A stretch of 64,000 nt of DNA, from the NCBI GenBank assembly GCA_001189095.1, contig LFCK01000002.1, forward strand, positions 214,320 to 278,319. The letters are read 5' to 3'. The DNA is from Parcubacteria bacterium C7867-001. GTDB lineage: Bacteria; Patescibacteriota; Minisyncoccia; Phycocordibacterales; Phycocordibacteraceae. Shown piece after piece: positions 26,511 through 35,957 of the stretch; the stretch's first letter is position 1, and every line of letters starts with the position of its first letter. Position numbers and translations under genes: made by a program. The notes below the pieces were generated by a model. The model searched no databases. It was not told the DNA's origin and saw only the letters and a list, made by a program, of their open reading frames with translations.

Positions 26511-27386
26511 ATGAACGAAGAGAATCCCCGGCTTGCTGAGCTTGAGGCGATGATGGCGTCGCCCGATTTCTGGACCGATAAAGACAAAGCGCAGACGCTC
26601 GTACGCGAGTACCAGCTCCTCAAAGAAGGGGGTTCAGGCGATCCGCATGATGCTGGAGATGCGACACTCGCGATACTCGCTGGTGCTGGAGGCGACGACG
26701 CGGAGGACTTTGCGGCAATGTTGCGGCGTATGTACGAAGGGTACGCGGGTCGAAAAGGTTGGGGTGTTCGTGAGCTCCACACGAACGAAAATGATCATGG
26801 CGGCTATCGCAACGTGCTTCTTGAAATCACCGGCTCGGGAGTTTATGGACGCCTGAAGCATGAAGCTGGTGTGCACCGGCTTGTTCGTATCTCTCCCTTT
26901 AATGCGCAAGCGAAACGCCAGACTTCGTTCGCGCTCATTGAAATTCTGCCGAAACTTGCACCGAACGATAAAGTCGAGCTGAAGCCTGAAGACCTTGATA
27001 TACAGTTTGCGCGCTCAGGCGGCGCAGGCGGACAGAACGTGAACAAGCGCGAGACGGCGGTCCGCATCGTCCATACCCCGACTGGCATTTCCGCACATGT
27101 GACGAGCGAGCGCAGTCAGCAAGCAAACCGCGAGAAGGCGCTCGAGCTGGTGAAGGCGAAGATCTTCGCGCAGGAGGAGGCCAAGCGCGAAGCGGAAGCG
27201 AAGGGTCGCTCCATAGCCACCTCGACGGCGAACGAGTGGGGAAGTCAGCGCCGCTCTTACGTTCTTCATCCGTATAAGATGGTAAAAGACCACGATTCCG
27301 GCTGCGAAAGCGGCAATCCTGATGCGGTACTTTCCGGTGACCTTGATAATTTCATAGACGCATCCATACAAGGTGGGGTAGAATAG
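26511..27386 (+). CDS. prfB: peptide chain release factor 2 (short N-terminus, no programmed frameshift)
   Basis: SPF tripeptide motif (RISPFNA); GGQ motif ([10 protein letters not shown]); about 291 aa, lacking about 70 N-terminal residues compared with canonical RF2; single continuous frame. Confidence 0.8.
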   Translation: MNEENPRLAELEAMMASPDFWTDKDKAQTLVREYQLLKEGGSGDPHDAGDATLAILAGAGGDDAEDFAAMLRRMYEGYAGRKGWGVRELHTNENDHGGYRNVLLEITGSGVYGRLKHEAGVHRLVRISPFNAQAKRQTSFALIEILPKLAPNDKVELKPEDLDIQFARSGGAGGQNVNKRETAVRIVHTPTGISAHVTSERSQQANREKALELVKAKIFAQEEAKREAEAKGRSIATSTANEWGSQRRSYVLHPYKMVKDHDSGCESGNPDAVLSGDLDNFIDASIQGGVE

Positions 27387-27393
27387 CGAGGTT

Positions 27394-28074
27394 ATGATCT
27401 ATTTCGACAAGGTGACGAAGGAATACCGCGATGGCACTCCCGCCCTCGAAGACGTCACCCTCTCGATCTCTCCAAAAGAATTCGTTTCCATCGTCGGTCA
27501 CTCGGGTGCCGGCAAGACGACGCTCCTCAAGATGCTGCTCGCGGAAGAAAAACCAACCGACGGTTCGGTCTTTTTTGAATCAGTCGACATCCACACACTT
27601 CCAAAAAGCGCGTTACATCACTATCGCCGCAAGATAGGCACGGTCTTTCAGGATTTCCGCCTCATTCCGAACAAGACCGCGTATGAAAATATCGCTTTCG
27701 CTATGGAAGCTGCTGGACGCCCCGACGACGAAATAGAGTCCGACGTGCCGTATATCCTTGAGCTCGTAAATCTTGGGGATAAGGCACATCACTTCCCGAG
27801 TCAGCTTTCAGGTGGCGAGCAGCAGCGTGTCGCTATTGGCCGGGCCATCATCAATCAGCCGGACGTCATAGTTGCAGATGAACCGACCGGAAATCTCGAT
27901 CCGGTGAATACGTACGAAATCATCGAGATCATGAAGAAGATCAATGAGCTCGGCACGACCGTCATTCTCACGACGCATAATAAAGGTGTCGTTGACGCGA
28001 TGGGGAAGCGTGTGATCACGATGGACAAGGGCCGCGTCATCCGCGATGATCAGAACGGTCACTATATTCTCTAA
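27394..28074 (+). CDS. ftsE: cell-division ABC ATPase FtsE
   Basis: Walker A GHSGAGKTT, signature LSGGEQQR, Walker B VIVADEPTGNLD; 226 aa. Confidence 0.9.
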   Translation: MIYFDKVTKEYRDGTPALEDVTLSISPKEFVSIVGHSGAGKTTLLKMLLAEEKPTDGSVFFESVDIHTLPKSALHHYRRKIGTVFQDFRLIPNKTAYENIAFAMEAAGRPDDEIESDVPYILELVNLGDKAHHFPSQLSGGEQQRVAIGRAIINQPDVIVADEPTGNLDPVNTYEIIEIMKKINELGTTVILTTHNKGVVDAMGKRVITMDKGRVIRDDQNGHYIL

Positions 28075-28078
28075 TCCT

Positions 28079-29002
28079 ATGATGCTCACTTTCCGAAGAA
28101 TCCTTGAGAACGGCGCGAAGAACTTTTACCGCGGAGGCGCGGTCTCGTTCGCGACCGTGCTCATCATGACGGTGACGCTCATCATCATCGGCTCGCTCCT
28201 CTTCCTCTCAGCCATACTTTCGAATACGCTCGCAAGCATTCAGGACAAAGTGGATGTGAACGTCTACTTCGTGACGAGTGCGTCGGAGAACGACATCATG
28301 GGGGTGAAGAACAAGCTTGAGCAGCTGCCGGAAGTGAAGTCTGTTGAGTACACCTCGAGAGATCAGGCACTCGCTGAATTTCGCGAACGCCACTCAAATG
28401 ACCAGCTCACGCTTCAGGCTCTCGACGAGCTCGGTACTAATCCGCTCGGCGCCTCGCTCGCTATCAAGGCGAAGAATCCTTCGCAGTATGAGGGCATCGT
28501 ACAGTTCCTTTCGGATGAACCAGCGCTCTCCGTGGGTGGTTCTTCCATCATCGATCGCATCAACTACTACCAGAACAAGACCGTCATCGATCGGCTCACC
28601 AACGCACTCCGAACCACCGAGCAGGCAGGGCTCGTCATCGTTCTTCTCTTTGCAATAGCTTCGATTGTGATAGTCCTCGCCTCAATGCGCCTCGCTATTT
28701 ACACCGCACGCGACGAAATCGGCGTCATGCGTCTCATGGGAGCCTCAAATATGTATATTCGCGGTCCCTTCATCGTCGCTGCTATGATCTCCGGACTTCT
28801 TGCAGCCATCATCACCCTCGTCCTTTTCTATCCGGTCGCATGGTATGTCGGTAGTTCCTTCTCGGGCTGGCTCGGTGGGTTCAATCTCTTCGACTACTAC
28901 ATCTCGCATTTCCCACTCGTGTTCCTTATCATCGTCGGCTCAGGCATCCTGCTCGGTGCCGTTGCAAGCTTCGTGGCGGTGCGTCGCTATCTCAAGATCT
29001 AA
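28079..29002 (+). CDS. ftsX: cell-division permease-like FtsX
   Basis: 4 TM with a large periplasmic loop, immediately after ftsE. Confidence 0.8.
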   Translation: MMLTFRRILENGAKNFYRGGAVSFATVLIMTVTLIIIGSLLFLSAILSNTLASIQDKVDVNVYFVTSASENDIMGVKNKLEQLPEVKSVEYTSRDQALAEFRERHSNDQLTLQALDELGTNPLGASLAIKAKNPSQYEGIVQFLSDEPALSVGGSSIIDRINYYQNKTVIDRLTNALRTTEQAGLVIVLLFAIASIVIVLASMRLAIYTARDEIGVMRLMGASNMYIRGPFIVAAMISGLLAAIITLVLFYPVAWYVGSSFSGWLGGFNLFDYYISHFPLVFLIIVGSGILLGAVASFVAVRRYLKI

Positions 29003-29005
29003 GGT

Positions 29006-30652
29006 ATGGCCACGAAAGGACACAAATACATCTTCGTCATCGGCGGGGTGATGAGCGGCGTTGGGAAAGGAATTGCCGTGTCGTCGATTGGCCTTGTATT
29101 GAAGCAGCGCGGCTATGAAGTGAATCTTGTAAAGATTGACCCGTATCTCAACGTTGATGCGGGCACGATGAATCCGACCGAGCACGGAGAAGTGTTCATT
29201 TTGCGTTCGGGTCTTGAAACAGATCAGGACATGGGCAACTACGAACGCTTCCTCGGGCGTGATTTGGGTCCAGAGGACTACATGACAAGCGGCATGGTGT
29301 ATCAGACGGTGATTAATCGCGAGCGAGCGCTCGAATACGGTGGGAAATGTGTCGAAGCCGTGCCGCACGTGCGGGATGAAATCTTGCGTCGCATCGAAGC
29401 TGCCGCAGCGCACAACGGTAGTCAGATCTCCGTCATCGAAATCGGTGGCACGGTCGGCGACTTCCAGAACGCACTCTTCATAGACGCAGCTCGCGTCATG
29501 AAGCTCACGCAGCCGGACGATGTCGCTTTTGTGATGGTTTCCTACCTTCCGGTGCCAAACACAATTGGGGAAATGAAGACGAAGCCAACGCAGAGCGCTG
29601 TTCGCGAACTCAATTCCTACGGCGTGCAGCCGGATTTCATCCTCGCGCGCGCTAACCATCCTATTGACGACAAGCGTAAGGAAAAGCTGGCTATCTCCTG
29701 CAACGTACGCGCCGATCGTATTATTTCAGCACCCGATGTCCGCAGTATTTATGATGTGCCGCTTAATTTCGAAAAGGACCACCTGGGCGATAAGCTCCTT
29801 GATGCGCTTAGTCTCTCGAAAGAGAAGGAGGCTGATTTCACCGATTGGCAGAAATTTGTGGACGCAACGCATGCGGAGAATCCAGAAGTGAAGATAGGTA
29901 TCGTTGGTAAATATTTTGATACGGGCGATTACGTTCTCTCAGATGCGTATCTTTCGGTCATTGAGGCAATAAAGTTTTCAGCTGCGGAAGTGGGAGTGAA
30001 AACGAAAATCGATTGGGTGAATGCGAAGGAGTTCCAGAGCGGTGAGAATGTCGAGAAGCTCGCTCAGTACGACGGCATTATCGTGCCGGGCGGCTTCGGT
30101 GAGACGGGCATCGAAGGCAAGATACACGCGATTAAATATGCACGTGAGAATAAGATTCCGTACTTCGGACTTTGCTACGGCATGCAGCTTGCGGTCATCG
30201 AAGTGGCGCGTCACAAGCTGGGTATTGAGGGTGCGCACACTGTCGAGATAAATCCGACAGCGACGCACCCGATTGTCGACGTCATGCCTGAGCAGAAGGA
30301 TCTCATTGCGCAGGGAAACTACGGTGGCACCATGCGTCTTGGGGTGTATCCGGCACAGCTCAAGGAGGGGACTATTGCGCACGAAGCGTATGGTGCAGAT
30401 AGTGTCGAGGAGCGTCACCGCCACCGCTACGAAATAAACCCCGAATACATCGAGCAGCTTTCAACAGCAATAACGTTTTCAGGAACCTCGCCAGACGGCG
30501 TGCTTATGGAAATTGCCGAACTTCCGAAAGGCGAGCATCCATTCTTCCTCGGTACCCAATTCCATCCAGAGCTCCAGGCGCGCCCTCTTTCGCCACACCC
30601 GCTCTTCACGGCGTTCTTGACGGCATCAAAAAAACGAAGCGGTATAAAGTAA
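29006..30652 (+). CDS. pyrG: CTP synthase
   Basis: N-terminal GGVMSGVGKGI synthase domain; C-terminal GATase with GLCYGMQ catalytic Cys. Confidence 0.92.
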   Translation: MATKGHKYIFVIGGVMSGVGKGIAVSSIGLVLKQRGYEVNLVKIDPYLNVDAGTMNPTEHGEVFILRSGLETDQDMGNYERFLGRDLGPEDYMTSGMVYQTVINRERALEYGGKCVEAVPHVRDEILRRIEAAAAHNGSQISVIEIGGTVGDFQNALFIDAARVMKLTQPDDVAFVMVSYLPVPNTIGEMKTKPTQSAVRELNSYGVQPDFILARANHPIDDKRKEKLAISCNVRADRIISAPDVRSIYDVPLNFEKDHLGDKLLDALSLSKEKEADFTDWQKFVDATHAENPEVKIGIVGKYFDTGDYVLSDAYLSVIEAIKFSAAEVGVKTKIDWVNAKEFQSGENVEKLAQYDGIIVPGGFGETGIEGKIHAIKYARENKIPYFGLCYGMQLAVIEVARHKLGIEGAHTVEINPTATHPIVDVMPEQKDLIAQGNYGGTMRLGVYPAQLKEGTIAHEAYGADSVEERHRHRYEINPEYIEQLSTAITFSGTSPDGVLMEIAELPKGEHPFFLGTQFHPELQARPLSPHPLFTAFLTASKKRSGIK

Positions 30653-30692
30653 TTAACGGTGCATCCGATGTTAGTGCGTAAGAGGGGTATAC

Positions 30693-30998
30693 TTGAAACG
30701 TCTTTACAAACGGCGAAAGCCATTAGCCATACCAACCATGTCTACTACCGGAAAGATCATTGTCGCGATTATCATCATTGCGCTTATCGGTCTCGGGATC
30801 TATTACTGGACGACGAACGGTGCGAAAGCTCCTTCGGATAGCTCGCAGGCAACGCAGACGTCGGAAACAAGTCCGAAAGACGCGACTGACGACGCACTTC
30901 TCAAGGATAGTGCTGCTATCGACCTCCAGATCAACGGATTCGCGTCCGATAATGCGGCAGTGGAATCAGGGCTCAATGATCAGCCGATATCTCAATAA
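30693..30998 (+). CDS. small membrane-anchored hypothetical protein
   Basis: Single TM (IIVAIIIIALIGLGIYYW) followed by a Ser/Thr/Asp-rich tail; start may be 30738. Confidence 0.4.
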   Translation: MKRLYKRRKPLAIPTMSTTGKIIVAIIIIALIGLGIYYWTTNGAKAPSDSSQATQTSETSPKDATDDALLKDSAAIDLQINGFASDNAAVESGLNDQPISQ

Positions 30999-31020
30999 TT
31001 TATTCGTCTAACAACTATCT

Positions 31021-31851
31021 ATGAAACTACAAGCACTTGCTTCAGGAGGACTCGGGCTCATGATCGCACTCATGCCGCTTGCGGCGTCTGCGAACGAGGG
31101 ACGTGATGACGGACTCCGTTTCGGTCTCTCAGCATCGACGAGCGTCCGCGTTGGGCACGAGGAAGATCGTGCTGAACGGAAGGCGGAGCATCAGGGAAAG
31201 ATCGAGGATAAGGCGCATGAGCGCGCAGGGAAGGAAATAGAGCGTCGCCTCGAAGGGCTCAATAAGCTGATCGAGCGCATCACGAATGCAAAGCGTATCG
31301 ACGGTGACGATAAGGCTACTCTCTCGGCAACGCTCACTGCTCAGATTAATGCGCTCACGGCGCTTAAGGCGAAGATAGACGCAGACACCTCAACTACGAC
31401 CCTCAAGGAGGATGTACAGTCCATCACGAAGTCGTATCGTATCTTTGCGCTCGTCATGCCACAGGCATCCATCACTGCCTCGGCTGACCGCGTGAAGTAT
31501 GTCGCTGATCAGCTCTCAACGCTTTCGGCAAAGCTGAAGACCCGCCTCGATGCGCTTACCGCTGGTGGCACCGACGTCTCAGCTTCAGTCACGCTTCTCG
31601 CTGACATGAACGCAAAGATTGCGAGCGCTAAGGTACAGGCGCAAGCTGCTATCGATGGCATTGTGAATTTGAAGCCGGACAACGGCGACAAGACCGTCAT
31701 GGAATCAAATCTTGCTGCGCTCAAAGCAGCGCGTGAAAAGGTTCGTGCTGCACAGGCCGACCTCAAGACCGCGCGCGAAGACGCACGCAAGATCATGATC
31801 AACATCAAGGGAAAGGGTGAAGTGCACGCAAGCACCACTACCTCTATCTAG
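31021..31851 (+). CDS. secreted coiled-coil hypothetical protein
   Basis: Signal peptide ending ...PLAASA; long Ala/Lys-rich helical region. Confidence 0.5.
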   Translation: MKLQALASGGLGLMIALMPLAASANEGRDDGLRFGLSASTSVRVGHEEDRAERKAEHQGKIEDKAHERAGKEIERRLEGLNKLIERITNAKRIDGDDKATLSATLTAQINALTALKAKIDADTSTTTLKEDVQSITKSYRIFALVMPQASITASADRVKYVADQLSTLSAKLKTRLDALTAGGTDVSASVTLLADMNAKIASAKVQAQAAIDGIVNLKPDNGDKTVMESNLAALKAAREKVRAAQADLKTAREDARKIMINIKGKGEVHASTTTSI

Positions 31852-31864
31852 TTCTTCCTAACGG

Positions 31865-31897
31865 CAAACCCCCGATCGCTCTGCGATCGGGGGTTTG
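31865..31897 (+). terminator. intrinsic terminator
   Basis: caaacccccgatcgc-tct-gcgatcgggggtttg followed by ctatttg. Confidence 0.65.
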
Positions 31898-31952
31898 CTA
31901 TTTGACTCAGGAAGGAGTTAACTAATCCTAGGTAGAACGATAGGAGGCAATC

Positions 31953-32303
31953 ATGCCCTATCAATTTCAGGTGAAGTTCGTTAACTCGCGTGGGGTGATG
32001 CGGTTCTGTAATTGGCCGGTCAACCGTACGGATGGCCAGCTTGAGTGGCGCATGCATAACTACGCTACGATCATAGCTCAAATCGAGGGAGGCCTTGATT
32101 TTGAGGGAACCAAAGCGGTTCTCATGCACTTCGGTCTCTGGTCCGAAGATAAGGAGTATCCGGCGGATGAACTCAGGTTCCTCTCGCCGCATACGCTTCT
32201 GCGTGCGCGGCGACTCCTTGAACGGAGACGCCCGCGTTTGATGGCGCTTCGGCCCATCAACCATCTGACGAACCAGTACCTGTCCGAACCAGAGTCACTC
32301 TGA
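31953..32303 (+). CDS. hypothetical protein
   Basis: 116-aa ORF with a GGAGG-like RBS (ataggaggcaatcATG). Confidence 0.45.
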   Translation: MPYQFQVKFVNSRGVMRFCNWPVNRTDGQLEWRMHNYATIIAQIEGGLDFEGTKAVLMHFGLWSEDKEYPADELRFLSPHTLLRARRLLERRRPRLMALRPINHLTNQYLSEPESL

Positions 32304-32305
32304 AC

Positions 32306-32340
32306 GGAAAAAGGCGCGCCACAGGCGCGCCTTTTTGTTT
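32306..32340 (+). terminator. bidirectional intrinsic terminator
   Basis: aaaaaggcgcgcc-aca-ggcgcgcctttttgttt. Confidence 0.65.
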
Positions 32341-32346
32341 CCATTT

Positions 32347-32568
32347 TTAGAGGTTCGAAATCTCCTTAAGATTCCGGTTCGGGAGGTAGAGGATGATGAA
32401 TCCGATGATGATGCCGACCAGCGCCGACCCCCAGTGTATGCCGCCGAGGAACGTATGATCGAATAAATCGAGCAGCACCCATATGCCGCGCCAGATAATA
32501 ACGATTCCGAATACGATACCTGCGTTATGAGCAAAGTATCCGAGGGAAAGGGTTGAATTCTTTTTCAT
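32347..32568 (-). CDS. small membrane protein (2 TM)
   Basis: 73 aa from Met MKKNSTLSLGYFAHNAGIVFGIVIIW... Confidence 0.4.
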   Translation of the reverse strand: MKKNSTLSLGYFAHNAGIVFGIVIIWRGIWVLLDLFDHTFLGGIHWGSALVGIIIGFIILYLPNRNLKEISNL

Positions 32569-32657
32569 GTTCCTATTGTACGGCACGTTGGTTGAAAAAC
32601 CCTCCTTTTTCCGGTATCGTGCGTCAATCGCGGGCCCGCGCCCGCTTTGTGCTACAT

Positions 32658-32677
32658 TGCCAGATCGTCTAATGGTA
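32658..32677 (+). other. tRNA-Gln 5' fragment (acceptor 5' strand + D-arm), detached
   Basis: tgccaga-tc-gtc-taatggta; identical to the 5' part of the downstream tRNA-Gln except for the acceptor; its complement (tctggca) is found at 32867-32873. Confidence 0.5.
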
Positions 32678-32720
32678 AGTGGAAACTTGCTATCGGCGCT
32701 CGCTCGGAAGTGTTCTGTGC

Positions 32721-32791
32721 TGCGGAATCGTCTAATGGTAGGACGCATCCCTCTGGAGGATGTTATCTAGGTTCGAGTCCTAGTTCCGCAG
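32721..32791 (+). tRNA. tRNA-Gln (CTG), complete
   Basis: Acceptor tgcggaa/ttccgca; 3-bp D stem typical of tRNA-Gln; anticodon loop CTCTGGA; T-loop GGTTCGAGTCC. Confidence 0.8.
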
Positions 32792-32820
32792 CACAGCACA
32801 TTTCACTCACTCGCTTGATA

Positions 32821-32874
32821 GTAGGACGCATCCCTCTGGAGGATGTTATCTAGGTTCGAGTCCTAGTCTGGCAG
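32821..32874 (+). tRNA. tRNA-Gln (CTG) 3' portion (D-arm to acceptor 3' strand), lacking a contiguous 5' acceptor
   Basis: gtaggacgcatccctctggaggatgttatctaggttcgagtcctag is identical to the complete copy, then tctggca-g; the matching 5' half lies 160 nt upstream. Confidence 0.55.
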
Positions 32875-32899
32875 CAAAACGCATATACGAAAACCCCGG

Positions 32900-33466
32900 C
32901 TATTGCCGGGGTGGAGTTTCGTTGTTCGGAAATTGAACTACATTTGTATCGTCATATTGTGAGAGATCAAGACGCAGCTCGTACCGAACTTCAAGTTTTA
33001 TACGAAGAGCATCGCGTTCTTCACGAATCTTAGGAATACGTTCTTCGAGAAGCGGTTGGACGCCGAGCCTGATAATGTCGGCTCTAGCACAAAGAGCATC
33101 TCCTCCAGGCATCTTATAAATACCCGGAGCACTTTCTCCTGAAACATATCGCCGGATGGTGTACGGTGTCGTGTTGCAGAGTTCAGCGATTACGTTTGAG
33201 TCGAGCTCACAGTGATGAACTGCTGCATGCATGATCATGGTGAACGCCAAACGGTTTTCGTTGAAAGAAAGATCCCTCTTCGTGATGAGTGTGAGCAGAT
33301 CTTCTTGCTTCATGAGAAGTCGACTGAGCTTTCCCAGCAGAAGCATGTCAGGGTCGTTTTCTGCCCCGACAGATTTTTCATCAGACATTGGTTTATCTCC
33401 AAAGTTCGAGTTTCTACTGAAGAGGGTATGTATAAGCGCATTGGACGTCAAGGAAGGTTCCAACAT
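32900..33466 (-). CDS. hypothetical protein with possible HTH
   Basis: 188-aa ORF; helix-turn-helix-like segment LCNTTPYTIRRYV; no confident family. Confidence 0.35.
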   Translation of the reverse strand: MLEPSLTSNALIHTLFSRNSNFGDKPMSDEKSVGAENDPDMLLLGKLSRLLMKQEDLLTLITKRDLSFNENRLAFTMIMHAAVHHCELDSNVIAELCNTTPYTIRRYVSGESAPGIYKMPGGDALCARADIIRLGVQPLLEERIPKIREERDALRIKLEVRYELRLDLSQYDDTNVVQFPNNETPPRQ

Positions 33467-33537
33467 CGTCCCAGACAGCCAGCCAAGATAGAGTACGAAA
33501 GTAGCGTTTCTGGCGGGCGTTTTGGTAAGATACTTCC

Positions 33538-34158
33538 ATGAGAAACATCATCACCATGACGTTTGTAAGCATGGATGGCGTCATGCAGGCGCCGGGCGGC
33601 TCGAAGGAAGATACTGCAGAAGGTTTTAAGTACGGCGGTTGGCAGTTTGGTCGCGACTATGATGATCCGATTACAGATGCGCTACTGAAGGAGTTCTTCA
33701 CGACCCCGTTCGAACTCCTTCTCGGAAAGGTTACGTACGACATTTTTGCTGCCTACTGGCCGAATCATCCGGAAATCGAATTGGTAGCTACTCCGTTTAA
33801 CGCGACGAAAAAATATGTTGTCTCCGATGTTCCGATGGAACTTCTATGGAATAACTCCGAACTTATCACTGGTGACGATGTCGTGGAGAAAATCAAGAAA
33901 CTAAAAGAAATGGACGGTCCCGATTTGTGGGTGTGGGGGAGCGGCAAGCTTATCCAGACTCTGCTCATGAACGATCTCGTTGATCGTATGCACGTGTGGA
34001 CACATCCGGTAACGATAGGTACTGGAAAGAAGCTATTCGCTGAAGGCACGCAGCCGCGTAACTTCACAATGACTGACGCGAAAGTTACCAAAACGGGCGT
34101 CATTGTTGCCACGTACGAGCCGGCTGGTGTTCTTACGACTGGTGAGGCACCAACGTAA
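33538..34158 (+). CDS. dihydrofolate reductase-like (RibD C-terminal domain) family protein
   Basis: MTFVSMDGVMQ...GGW...LLLGKVTY...VWGSGKLIQTLL pattern typical of the RibD_C/YwjB family. Confidence 0.65.
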   Translation: MRNIITMTFVSMDGVMQAPGGSKEDTAEGFKYGGWQFGRDYDDPITDALLKEFFTTPFELLLGKVTYDIFAAYWPNHPEIELVATPFNATKKYVVSDVPMELLWNNSELITGDDVVEKIKKLKEMDGPDLWVWGSGKLIQTLLMNDLVDRMHVWTHPVTIGTGKKLFAEGTQPRNFTMTDAKVTKTGVIVATYEPAGVLTTGEAPT

Positions 34159-34261
34159 AAGAGCGACGAACCTTGCAGAATAGTTCTAACCTCGTTCAGT
34201 TCCCGCAGCTCAAGGTGTACGGTTTCAAATGCACAACAAACGCTCGTGATACTCTAAACTC

Positions 34262-34372
34262 ATGGTACGAAAAGTACTTATCTTTCTAGCTGTATTTGCT
34301 GCAGGTCTAATCGTCGGCGCATTTATTGAGGATCAGTATCGTTGCTGGACTGGGGTGCCTAATTGCGATTAG
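34262..34372 (+). CDS. possible 36-aa hydrophobic peptide
   Basis: MVRKVLIFLAVFAAGLIVGAFIEDQYRCWTGVPNCD; lies in a locally AT-rich intergenic stretch; no RBS check possible. Confidence 0.2.
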   Translation: MVRKVLIFLAVFAAGLIVGAFIEDQYRCWTGVPNCD

Positions 34373-34413
34373 TCAGAGGTCCAACGTTTCTCTAGACATC
34401 AAGTAACCTATCT

Positions 34414-34845
34414 ATGCCCGAACTCAAAACTCAACTCACCAAAGCAAGTGTTACGAAATTCCTCAGCTCAATCAAAGACGAGCAGAAGCGCAAAGATTGC
34501 GTTGCCATCTGCAAAATGATGGAGAAGGCGACCAAGTGGAAGCCGGAGATGTGGGGTGCTTCCATCGTCGGTTTCGGCCGCAGGAAATACAAATACGCCA
34601 GCGGCAAAGAAGGTGAGTGGATGGTCATCGGTTTTGCGCCGCGAGCCCAAAACATCGCGCTCTACGGCCTCATCGTTTTCACCATGAAATATGGAAAGTT
34701 GAAGAAAGGAGAAAATGATTTCCTCTTGAAGCTGGGTAAGTACAAAGAAGGGGGAGGATGCCTCTATATCAACAAGCTTTCAGATATCGATACGAAACAG
34801 CTCGAGAAAATAATCAAACTCGCCGCAGTGCGTAAGGTACACTGA
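34414..34845 (+). CDS. DUF1801 (YdhG-like) domain protein
   Basis: MPELKTQLTKASVTKFLSSIKDEQKRKDC...MWGASIVGFGRRKYKYASG pattern of the DUF1801 family. Confidence 0.55.
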   Translation: MPELKTQLTKASVTKFLSSIKDEQKRKDCVAICKMMEKATKWKPEMWGASIVGFGRRKYKYASGKEGEWMVIGFAPRAQNIALYGLIVFTMKYGKLKKGENDFLLKLGKYKEGGGCLYINKLSDIDTKQLEKIIKLAAVRKVH

Positions 34846-34849
34846 ATGC

Positions 34850-35428
34850 ATGAAAAAGATCCTTGTCGGAATACTGCTTCTTGCAGTCATTCTCGTGGCA
34901 GCGTTCTACGCGTTCAACTCCTATATCTATAACGAGAAGCAGGCTCCCGTAGCAAAGGAGTATACCGATGCGGCATACCGGATTGATGGCGTTTCGGTGC
35001 AACTTACAGATGGGTTTGCTGAAGTCGAGGCTGCGCCGGGATCTGCTTCGAAGATCACTACGCGCTATTTCGGGAACGAGTACAGGACTGACGTGAATGA
35101 GGATGGACGCGAGGATGTTGTTTTCTTGCTTACCCAAGAGACAGGGGGAAGCGGAGTCTTTTTCTATGTCGTTGCAGCCCTCAATACCGAACGAGGGTAT
35201 ATCGGTTCCGATGGCTACCTGCTAGGAGATAGAATCGCTCCACAACCGATAGGAATGAGCCCTAATCCACGGCACAAAAATGTGATTGTCGCGAACTATG
35301 CAGATCGCGCGGCAGGTGAGCCGATGACCACTCAGCCCTCCATCGGCAAAAGTGTCTATCTGAAACTCGATCCAGCAAGCATGCAGTGGGGAATTGTTGA
35401 ACCAGATTTTGAAGGAGAATCCCGCTAG
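34850..35428 (+). CDS. secreted hypothetical protein
   Basis: Signal/TM helix LVGILLLAVILVAAFYAF; 192 aa. Confidence 0.5.
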   Translation: MKKILVGILLLAVILVAAFYAFNSYIYNEKQAPVAKEYTDAAYRIDGVSVQLTDGFAEVEAAPGSASKITTRYFGNEYRTDVNEDGREDVVFLLTQETGGSGVFFYVVAALNTERGYIGSDGYLLGDRIAPQPIGMSPNPRHKNVIVANYADRAAGEPMTTQPSIGKSVYLKLDPASMQWGIVEPDFEGESR

Positions 35429-35539
35429 GTTCAGAAGGATGTCTCAGTGTCATTCCTGCTCGTAGGAAGCGTCGGTCCGCGGCTATTGTCTTTATTTTGA
35501 CATTATGTTATAATCAAACCTACAATAACTTACTATCTC

Positions 35540-35953
35540 ATGCCTGATTACTCGAAGCCCCGTTTTCCAAAAAAGCCCTTTAACCGCGGAGGTTCTGATC
35601 GCTTCCCGAGCGATCGGCAAATGCACAAAGCGAACTGCAGCAACTGCGGTAATGCCTGTGAAGTGCCGTTCCGCCCGAACGGCAAGAAGCCTATTTTCTG
35701 CAGCAATTGCTTCGTGAAGGACGATGCTCCTCGCTCGACCTTCGCTCCGAAGCGTGACTTCGCGCCGCGCCCTTCCTTCAACGCAGCGCCTGCTCGCGAT
35801 GATCGCGGCATGCAGGAATTGAAGCGAGAGATGCAGGGCATCAACGAGAAGCTCTCGCGCATGCTTTCTCTTATGGAAGTGGCGCAAGCGCCCGTCGCAG
35901 CAAAGGCGCCAGCGCGAAAGAAAGTTGCTAAGAAAGCAGCGAAGAAAAAGTAA
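35540..35953 (+). CDS. CxxC zinc-ribbon protein with Lys/Ala-rich tail
   Basis: CSNCGNAC...FRPNGKKPIFCSNCF Zn-ribbon motif; C-terminal AKKAAKKK. Confidence 0.5.
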   Translation: MPDYSKPRFPKKPFNRGGSDRFPSDRQMHKANCSNCGNACEVPFRPNGKKPIFCSNCFVKDDAPRSTFAPKRDFAPRPSFNAAPARDDRGMQELKREMQGINEKLSRMLSLMEVAQAPVAAKAPARKKVAKKAAKKK

Positions 35954-35957
35954 GCCC

